DNA of 64,000 nt from NCBI GenBank assembly GCA_963782055.1, contig CAWAIF010000003.1, forward strand, positions 3,232,001-3,296,000, written 5' to 3'. Within the stretch, counting starts at the first letter, position 1, and the number at the start of each line of letters is the position of its first letter. The position numbers and the translations under genes are program-made. The stretch is from an uncultured delta proteobacterium (lineage in GTDB: Bacteria > Myxococcota_A > Polyangia > Polyangiales > Polyangiaceae). Below the pieces are notes generated by a model. That model was not told where the DNA came from. It worked only from the letters and a program-made list of their open reading frames with translations, and did no database searches. Positions 35,751-45,700 of this stretch are shown in pieces.

Positions 35751-36463
35751 AGCCGGCTCGCGATGGCCTCGCGCACGTCCGCCATGAGGCGGTCGCGGCC
35801 TGTCTTTCCCCCCATGGCGACGTAGGGGGCCACGTCGATGGGCGGCGCGATGCTCACGCGCACCGGGATGCCGGAGCGCGACCTCACCTTGTCCGCGGGC
35901 AGCACGTCGCGCGTGCCCTGGATGGCGACGGGGAGGATCGGGAAGCCCACCTGCAGCGCGACGGCGAAGCCGCCCTTCTTGAGGGGGCCGAGCTCGCCGG
36001 TGCGGCTGCGCGTCCCCTCCGGCGCGATCCACACGTTGACGCCTCCGCGGAGGACCTCCTGCGCCTCCTGCAAGCTCGCCACCGCGCGGTGGCGGTTCTT
36101 GCGGTCGATGGCGATGAACCCCGCCTCGCGCATCGCCTTGCCGAAGACCGGGACGCGAAAGAGCTCCACCTTGGTCACCATGCGCAGGTTGCCGCCGAGG
36201 ATGTGGAACAGGACGGGGATGTCGTAGTGCGACTGGTGGTTGCTCATCACCACGTAGGTCCCGGCGGGATCGTAGTGCTCGCTGCCCTCCACCGTGAGCT
36301 CCATGCCGGCGTTGGCGACGATGCGGTGGCCCCACCCCAGGAGGCGCTCGTCGCAGGCACGCTTGGTCACCCGCCCGAGGGCGGCGTCCACCACCGTGGG
36401 CCACGAGATGGCGAGCGTCTCGTAGACGTTCCGTAGCGACAGGGCGAGCGATCTCGAGGGCAT
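35747..36463 (-). CDS. plsC: 1-acyl-sn-glycerol-3-phosphate acyltransferase (PlsC family)
   Basis: NHQSHYD, FIAIDR, APEGTRS, LKKGGF, ILPVAI. Confidence 0.9.
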   Translation of the reverse strand: MPSRSLALSLRNVYETLAISWPTVVDAALGRVTKRACDERLLGWGHRIVANAGMELTVEGSEHYDPAGTYVVMSNHQSHYDIPVLFHILGGNLRMVTKVELFRVPVFGKAMREAGFIAIDRKNRHRAVASLQEAQEVLRGGVNVWIAPEGTRSRTGELGPLKKGGFAVALQVGFPILPVAIQGTRDVLPADKVRSRSGIPVRVSIAPPIDVAPYVAMGGKTGRDRLMADVREAIASRL

Positions 36464-36713
36464 GCGTGCCGTAGCATAGTGGCGTTTGGCCCGGTGGACA
36501 CCGCTTGCAACCCGTGGCGTGGCCCCGTACCATCGAAACCCCGCAAGGGCGCAAAGCGCCGGTTTTCCTTGCGGTTTCCTTCGGTTTGCCGCGCCGTCGT
36601 CAGCCCCTGCCGCAGCCCGGGGCTCGCGCCTGCTCGCGCGACCGCTTCGCATCGCGCTTCGCTTTGGACGTGGTCGCTTCCGGAGTCTCCCAAACCTGCG
36701 CACAAGGTGATGG

Positions 36714-39700
36714 ATGAGCAGCGCATCGATGATTCGTACGGCCCTGGGTCAGCTGCAGGACGACCCGGACAACGAGCAGGCTTACCTTGACCTCAAGAAC
36801 GCGCTGGCCGAGGGCCCCGTCGAGGGGATGTCGGCCGACGAGGTGCGGTCCCTCCTGGGGTCCGCGCGCCGCGCTCACGAGATGCGGAGGGAGTACGACG
36901 CGGTCGCCTCCCTCCTGGAGCTGGAGGTCCTGCTCGCCCAGGGCGCCGACGCCGAGGCCCCGCTGCTCGCCGAGCTGGCGCGGGTCGTGGACGAGGAGCT
37001 CTTCGACGACGCCCGCGCGGCCGACTTCTACAAGCGCATCCTGACGCTCACGCCGAGCGACCAGGCCGCCGAGGAGGCGCTCGAGCGCTCCGACGCCAAG
37101 CGCTCCAAGTGGAACAATCTGGTGGTGCGCTACGTCGAGGAGGCGGGCGCCGCGGGCGAGCCGACCTTCAAGAGCTCGCTGCTGGTCAGCGCGGCGGAGG
37201 TCGCCTACCGCTACGGCCGCGCGGCGGTCGCGGGGGAGAAGGGCGCGAAGAAGAAGCTCGCCGCCCTCAACCAGGAGATCGTGTCGCGCCTCAAGGAGGC
37301 GCTGGACATCGACCCGAAGAGCCGGCGCGCCGGGGCGCTCCTGGAGCGCATCTACCGCGAGGCGGAGCGCTGGGACGACCTGGCGAGCCTGCTGGAGCGC
37401 GTCGCCACCGAGGCGAGCGCCAAGGAGGAGAAGACCGCGGGCTTCGTGCGCCTGGCGCGCGTGCTCACCAAGAAGCTGGGGTCGCCGGAGCGCGCGGTCG
37501 CGGCGTACGAGCGCGTGCTGGACCTCTCGCCGGGCCAGTCGGAGGCGGTGAGCTTCCTCGTCGACTTCTTCACGGCCAAGGAGATGTGGGATCACCTCGT
37601 CGCCCTGTACGAGGAGCAGCTCGCGGCGAGCGCCAAGACCGGTCAGCAGGACGTCGGCGCGGTGCTCCAGGTGGCGATGGTGCACTGGAAGATGCGCGGC
37701 AAGCCGGAGGCGGCGGAGCCCTACTTCGAGAAGCTCCGCAAGGCGGAGCCGGCGCATCCGGGGATGCTCGGCTTCTTCCGCGAGCTGCTCGGCCAGCGCG
37801 GCGATCACCTGCGCCTGGTGCAGATCCTCACCGACGCGCAGCGAGCGCTGCCCGACGGCTTCGCCCGGTCGCAGATCGCGACCGAGCTGGCGAAGCTCGC
37901 GGAGGAGGGCGCCAACGCCACCAAGGCCATCGAGCAGTGGAGGGCCATCCTGCGGCAGGACCCTGGCCACCAGGAGGCGCGCGACGCGCTGAAGCGGCTG
38001 TACCGCGAGACGGGCGGGTGGAACCACCTGGTCGACCTGCTGCGCGGCGAGCTGGAGAAGGTGGGCGCGGAGGACACGGCGCGGCTGCCCGTGCTGCGCG
38101 AGGTCGCCGGCATCTACCGCGAGCACGTCAAGAACGACTCTTCGCTCGTCTCGGTGCTCACGCAGATCACCACCCTCGATCCCACCGACGCCGAGGCCTA
38201 CCGCGAGCTGGTCCGCGTCTACGACGCGCTCGGCCGCGTGCGCGACCTGCTCGCCGCGCAGAGCAAGCTCGCCGAGATCGAAGAGGAGCCGAGCGTGCGC
38301 GCCGAGCTGTACCGGCAGGTGGCGCGCCGCTGGCTCGACCAGTTCTCCAACGTGCAGAACGCCATCGAGGGCTTCGAGAAGCTCCACGAGACCGCCCCCG
38401 ACGACCGCGAGGCGATCGACAGGCTCAAGGAGCTGTACGCCAAGCGCAGGGCGTACAAGCCGCTCTTCGACCTCCTCGAGCACGAGGCCGCCGCGATGGG
38501 GGCTGGCCCGGAGCGCCGGGAGCTCTGGCAGGAGATGGCCAAGCTCGCCGCCGACAGGCTGGACCGCGGGCCGGACGCCGTGCGCCTGTACAAGCAGGTG
38601 ATCGACGAGGACCCCGGCGCCACCGCGGCGCTCGATGCGCTGGAGAAGCAGGCGGAGCGCGACAAGGACTACGCGACGGTGGCGGAGGTGCTCGAGCGTC
38701 GCGTGGAGGGCGCTGAGGACGATCTGGCCAAGCTCGCGGTGCTGCAGAAGCTCGGCGCCATCTACAGCGAGCGCCTCTCCGATCACGCCGGCGCCATGCG
38801 CACCTGGCAGCGCGTGCTGCAGCTCTCGCCGGGGCACCCCAAGGCGCTGCGCGTCCTCCGCGACAGCTACCTCGCCACCGCCGACTACGACGGCCTGACG
38901 GACCTGTTCGCCGCCTCCTCCGACTGGGAGGGCCTCGCCGAGGTGCTCTCCAACGCGGCCGACCGCGCCACCGACGCCGCGGCGAAGGTGGAGCTCTCCT
39001 ACCGCGCGGCCGATGTCTACGAGCAGAGGATCAGCGCGCCCGAGCGCGCCTTCCGCGCCTACGAGCGCGTGCTCTCGGTGCGGCCGGACGACGAGCGCGC
39101 CGCCCGCGCGCTCATCCCCCTCTACGAGAACGACGAGAAGTGGGCGCGGCTCCCGGTGCTCTACGAGGTGCTCTTCGGGCACGCCGCGTCGGAGCAGGAC
39201 AAGCTCCAGATCCTGGACAAGCTGGTGGACATCACCGGCGAGAACCTGCAGGACCGCGCCGCCGCCTTCCGCTACGCGCAGCGCGCGTACGAGCTCGCGC
39301 CGGGGCGGGAGGATGCCCTCGCTCGCTTCGAGACCGCCGCCGTGCGCTCGGGCGAGTGGCCGGCCTTCGTCGCCGCGGTGGAGGCGCGCCTGGGTCAGAA
39401 GAAGCTGCCGAAGGAGGAGAAGCGCGCGCTCAAGGCCAAGATCGCCGAGACGTACGCCACGCAGCTCGGTCGCGTCGACGAGGCGGTCGCCGCCTACAAG
39501 GCGCTGGTGGAGGAGGACGAGCAGGACGAGGAGGCGATGGCCACGCTCGACCGCATCCTCCGCAGCGCGGACCGCCGCGAGGATCTGCGCTGGCTCTACG
39601 AGCTGCGCGTCACGCGCGCCAACACCTCGGCGAAGCTGGAGCTCCTCTCCGAGTGGGCGACGATCGAAGAGGAGGCGCTGGGCGCGCCCGACCGCGCCAT

Positions 39701-42700
39701 CGCGCTGCACCGCCGCGTGCTGGAGATCGTGCCGCAGCACGGGCGCTCGCTGCGCGCGCTGTCCCGCCTGCTGCAGGGCTCCGGCGACGCCGAGGAGGCC
39801 GCGGCGATGCTGCTGCGCGACCGCGATCAGCGCGAGGGCAAGGAGCGCGCGCAGCGCGAGATCGAGCTGGCCCGCCTCTACATGGGCTCCCTCAAGCAGC
39901 CGAACGAGGCGCTGGAGGCGATCAAGCGCGCACTGGAGCTCGTCCCCGGCGACGCGGTCGCGGTGGGCGTGCTGGAGGAGCTGCTCTCCGTCGCCGAGAC
40001 GCGGGCGAAGGCGGCGGCCCTGCTGGAGAAGCACTACGGCGAGTCCGGCGAGGGCGAGAAGCGGGCGCAGGTGATCGAGGTGCTGATCGCCACCGCCGCG
40101 GCCAAGGGCGACCGGCTGGACCTGTACAACCGCCTCATCGAGGTGCAGGAGGGGCTGGGCAACACGGAGGCGGCGTTCGACGTCGGCGTGCGCGCCACCG
40201 ACGAGTTCCCCGGCGATCTGCCGACATGGGACCGCCTCTCGGTGCTCGCCAACCGCACCGGGCGCATGCAGGCCTTCGTCGACGCGCTGACGCGCGCGGT
40301 GCCGCTCGACGGCTCGACCAACCTGTCCGCCTCGGTGGAGGTGGACCTCGCCGAGCGCATCGCCACCCTCCACGACGACATGGGCGAGCTGGATCGCGCG
40401 CGGCCTTACCTCGAGCGCGTGCTCGCCCGCGATCCCGCCAACGAGCGCGCCTTCGGCCGGCTGAAGCAGATCCTCACCTCGCTGGAACGCTGGGAGGACC
40501 TGGAGGCGCTCTACGAGCGCGCGGTCAACGGCGCGCCGGACCCGGTGCGGCAGGCCGAGCTGCTCGCCGAGGTGGCGCTGGTGGCCGAGGAGATCACCGG
40601 CGATCACCCCAAGGCGATCCAGTACTACGAGCGCATCCTGGAGATCGACCCGCTGCACGACCAGGCCACGCGGGCGCTGGAGACGCTCTACGCGCTGCAG
40701 GATCGCTGGGACAACCTGGGCGCGCTGCTCACGCGGCGTCTGGAGGGGGCGGTGGGCGAGGAGGCCCTCGGCCTGCGGCTGCGCCTGGGCAAGCTCTACT
40801 CCCTGCAGCTCAACGACCCGGAGGCCGCGCACGAGCACCTCGACGCGGTGCTGCAGGCGGACCCGGAGAGCCGCGACGCGCGCGAGCTCGTGGAGAAGAG
40901 CCTCGAGCTGCCGGCGCTGCGCGCGCGGGCGGCGGTGACGCTCGAGACCGTGTACGTGGCGCAGGACGCCTGGCGCGATCTGGTGCGCGTGCTGGAGGTC
41001 CGCACCGAGACGGCCGAAAACGACGAGGATCGCGCCGAGCTGCTCCGCCGCATCGCCGAGCTGCAGGACGACCGGCTGAACGAGGACGTGAGCGCGCTGG
41101 ACACCTACGCCAAGCTGGTGCCCCTCGCGCCGGACGACGAGCGCGCGCGCACGCGGCTCATGGAGATCGCGCGTCGCGTCGGGGCGCACGAGCAGGCCGC
41201 CGAGGTGCTGGCGAAGGCCGCCGCCGTGGCCTCGTCCCCGCAGCCGAAGGGCGAGATCCTGATGGCCGTCGCCCGCATCTACGAGGACCTCCTCGACGAC
41301 TCGACGAAGGCGGAGGCCGTGTTCCGGCAGGTGCTGGAGATCGACGGCGGCGACGCGACGCTCCAGCTCCCGGCGGCGCGCGCGCTCGAGCGCATCTACG
41401 CCGCGGCCGACCGGCCGAAGGACGTCGCGCAGATGATCCGCACGCTGGTCAAGCTGGAGGACGACGCCGACGCGCGGCGCGAGCTGTGGGGCCGCCTGGG
41501 CGAGCTCTGCGAGACCTCGCTGGACGACGCCGCCGGCGCGATCGAGGCGTGGCGCGCCCGCCTGGACGACGACCCGGGAGACGAGCAGGCGCTCGCCGCG
41601 CTGGACCGGCTCTACGAGCGCACCGGCGACCACAAGGCGCTGGTGGAGATCCTGCGCGCGCGCGAGCACGTCGCCACCGACGGCGATGCTCGCAAGACGT
41701 TCATGACGCGGCTCGCCGTCACGCTGGCGGAGAAGCTCAGCGACGTGAACGAGGCCATCCTCGCCTACCGCGCGGTGCTCGACGACTTCGGCGCGGAGCG
41801 CGCCGTCCTCGGCCCGCTGGCGCAGCTCTACGAGGTCTCGGATCGCTGGGACGACCTCGCCGAGACGCTGGAGGCCGACCTGGCGATGGCCGACGCGCCG
41901 GCGGATCGTCTGGTGCTGCTCGCCCGGCTGGGTGAGGTGCGCGCCGGCAAGCTGAGCGACCTGGACGGCGCGCTGGAGGCGTACCGCCAGGCGTTGACGC
42001 TGGAGCCAAGCCACGCCGAGAGCCGCAAGGCGCTCGAGGCGCTGCTCGACGACGAGAACGCGCGCCGCGACGCCGCGCAGATCCTCCGCCCCCTCTACGA
42101 GGCGGACGGGGAGAACGGCAAGCTGCTGCGCGTGCTGGACATCGAGGCGGCGCACGCCGACTCGCCCATCGAGACGCTGGCGATCCTCGCGCAGGCGGTC
42201 GTCGTCGCCGAGCAGTCCCTCTCCGACGTGAGCAAGGCGTTCGACTACTCCGCGCGCGGCCTGGAGGAGGCCGTCGCCGAGGCCGAGCTGCCGCAGTGGC
42301 TGGAGCGCACCGAGCGCCTCGCCGAGGCGTCCGGGCGCCACGCCGATTTCGTCGGGCTGCTGAAGAAGGTGGCGCCGGAGATCCTGGACGAGAACGTCCA
42401 GCTCGACGTGATGCTCAAGGTGGCGGAGCTGGCGCGTACCAAGGTGATGAGCGCCGACGACGCGCGCGAGTACTACGAGAAGGCCCTCGCCATCCGCGGC
42501 GACGACCGTCGCGCCCTGCAGGCGCTGGAGGAGCTGTACGCCGAGAAGGGCGATCACCCTGCGCTGCTCGACATCCTCAAGCGTCGCGCCGAGTCGGCGG
42601 AGGAGCCGGAGGACCGCAAGACCTTCCTCTACAAGCAGGCCAAGCTGTGCGACGAGGCGCTGGGCGATCAGGCCGCGGCGATCGACACCTACGAGCAGAT

Positions 42701-45700
42701 CCTGGACCTGGGGCTGGAGGACGAGGCCATCTCCGCGCTGGAGCACCTCTACGCGGCGCGCGGGCGCTGGGGCGATCTCGTCGGGCTCTACGAGCGGCAG
42801 ATCGGGCAGGACCCGCCGGACGAGAAGAAGGCGAACCTGCACCAGTCGCTCGGCAGCGTCGCGCGGGAGCACATGCTCGACCACGAGCGCGCGTTCGAGG
42901 AGTACGAGGCGGCGCTCAAGCTGGACGCGCAGCACGCCGCCACGGTGACGGCGCTCGAGGGGCTCATGAAGGAGCCGGAGTACGCCGCGCGCGCCGCGGA
43001 GATGCTGGAGGGCGTCTACCTCGCGCGGCTGGACTGGCGCAACGTGATGGCGACGATCGAGGCGCGCCTCACCGCGACGCAGGACATCGACGAGCGGCGA
43101 CAGCTGCTGCGCCGCCTTGCCAAGCTCCACGAGGAGCAAGAGGAGAACTACCTCGCGGCGCTGGAGACGACGGCCAAGCTCCTGGCCGAGGACGTCACCG
43201 ACGAGGGCACGTGGAACGAGCTGGAGCGGCTGGCGCGCGTGGCCAACGCCACCGGCCGGCTGGCGGAGGTCTTCGCCGGCGAGCTGGCGAAGGTCACCGC
43301 CGACGAGCCCGCGACGGCGCAGCTCGCGCGGCGCACCGGCGAGCTGTTCGAGACGCAGAAGGACACCGACCGCGCGCTGGAGTTCTACCGCCGCGCGTAC
43401 GCCTTCGACCCGGAGGAGTCGAGCGGCGTCTTCGAGGCGATCGACCGCCTGCTGCGGGAGGCGAACCGCCCGAAGGATCGCGTCGCGCTCTACCGCGAGG
43501 CGCTGGAGTACCGCAACGACCCGGCGGACCGCCTGACGACGCTCCACACCATCGCGCTGCTGGAGGAGTCGGAGCTCTCCGACGACGACGCCGCCATCGA
43601 GACCTACCGCGCGGCGCTCGACCTGGACGAGGCCGACACGCACTCGCTGGAGGCGCTCTCGCGCCTGTACGCCCGCCGCGGGCGTTACAAGGACCTGGCC
43701 GAGCTCACGCGCCGCCGCGCCGAGCAGGCCGCCCTGCCGGAGGACGAGGCCCGCTTCCGCTACGAGCTGGGGCAGCTCCTGCAGAACCGCCTGGACGATC
43801 AGACCGGCGCCATCGACGAGTACCAGACCGTGGTGGAGCTCCTGCCGCCCGGCTCCGGGTCGGAGGCCTCCGGCTCCGCCGTGAAGGCGATGGAGCAGCT
43901 CCTCGAGAAGGAGGAGCACAAGGCGCGCATCATCGAGATCCTCCGGCCCATCTACGAGCGCGCCGACGACTGGAAGCACCTGGTCCACGTCAACGAGGAG
44001 CGCCTGGCGCTGGCCGACGACGACCACGAGAAGGTCTCCATCCTGCGGGAGACGGCCAAGCTCTGGGAGGACAGGGGAGAGGATCGCGAGCGCGCCTTCG
44101 TGGCCGTGCGCGACGCCTTCGTGCTCGACCCCGACGACGGCGAGTCGCGCGAGGAGCTGGATCGCCTCGCCGAGGCCACCGGTCGCTGGGACGAGCTCGC
44201 CGAGGCCTACGAGCGCGGCATCGAGCGCACCGAGGACTTCGGCAAGCGCGATCTGCTGGGTGCGCTCGCCCGGCTGCACGACCAGAAGCGCGACGACCCG
44301 CGCCGCGCCCTCGAGGCCTACGATCGCGTCTTCCACCTGGACGAGAGCGACATCGAGCCGCTTGAGGCGATGGACGACCTCGCCACCCTGCTCTCCGACT
44401 GGTCGACGCTGGTGCGCGTGCTCGCCAAGAAGGCGGAGCTGGAGAACGACGACACCGAGCGCGCGAGCACCTGGCGGCGCATCGGCGAGGCGCGCCGGGA
44501 CATGCTGGAGGACGCGCCGGGCGCCATCGAGGCCTACGAGCGCGCGCTGGAGCTCGAGCCGGACAGCGCCTCGACGCTGGATCACCTCATCGGCCTCTAC
44601 GAACAGAAGAACGACGCGGCCCGGCTGGTGGACCTGTACCGCCGTCGCATCGAGATCGCCGGCGAGGAGGACCAGGATCTCAAGTACCGCCTGCTGGTGG
44701 AGGCCGCCAACCGCTACGAGTTCGGCCTCAACGACCGGCGGGAGGCCATCGCCCTGCTGGGCGAGGCGCTCGGCGTCCGCCCCGGCGACGCGGAGGTGAT
44801 GCGCCGGCTGGAGGAGCTCTACGCGGCCGAGAAGATGTGGCCGGAGCTGCTCGACAACCTGCGCCTCTCCGCGGCGCAGGCGACCGACGAGGACGTGCGC
44901 CGCACGCTGAAGAAGCGCATCGGCGCCCTGCTCGCGGGGGAGCTGGAGGACCCGCAGCAGGCCCTGGAGGCCTACCGCGAGGTGCTGGAGCGCGGCTTCG
45001 ACGACGAGGCCGCCAAAGCCGTGCGCGACCTGGGCGAGAGCCGCGAGGAGCTGCGCGCCGACGCCGCCGACGCGCTGGAGCCGGTGATGCGCAGCGCCGA
45101 GCGCCACCAGGAGCTCGCCGACGTCCTGGAGATGCGCCTGCGCGCGCAGACCGACCCGCAGGACCGCGCGCGTACGCTGCGCGCCATCGCCGAGGTGGCG
45201 GAGGGGCCGCTCTCCGACGCGCAGCGCGCCCAGGACGCCCTGCTGCGCGCGCTGGTGGAGGAGCCGGGCGACGCCCAGCTCCACGCCGACATCGAGCGCC
45301 TCTCGGAGAAGCTCGGCAAGGACGGCTGGTCGCGCTACGCCGACTCCCTCGCGGATCGCGCGGGCGCCATCTTCGACGCCGAGGTCACCACCGACCTCTT
45401 CAACCGCCTGGGCCGCATCGCCGAGACGCAGCTGGCGGACGACGCGCGCGCCGCCAAGGCGTTCGTGCAGGCCGCCGAGCAGTCCGGCGACAACCCGGAG
45501 GTGCTCGCCTCGCTGGACAGGCTCTTCTCCCGCCTGGGCGACGCCAAGAGCCTCGCCGACGTGCTCGAGCGCCGCGTCGGCGTGGAGGCGGACGCCGCCG
45601 CGCAGGCGGAGCTGACCTTCCGCCTCGCCAGCCTGCAGATCAAGGAGTTCGGCGAGAAGCAGCGCGGCCTGTCCACGCTGCGCTCGGCGCTGGAGCGCGT

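Noticed and set aside
36495..36509. Sigma54 promoter TGGACACCGCTTGCA
   Set aside because: GG-to-GC spacing is 9 nt rather than the required 10.
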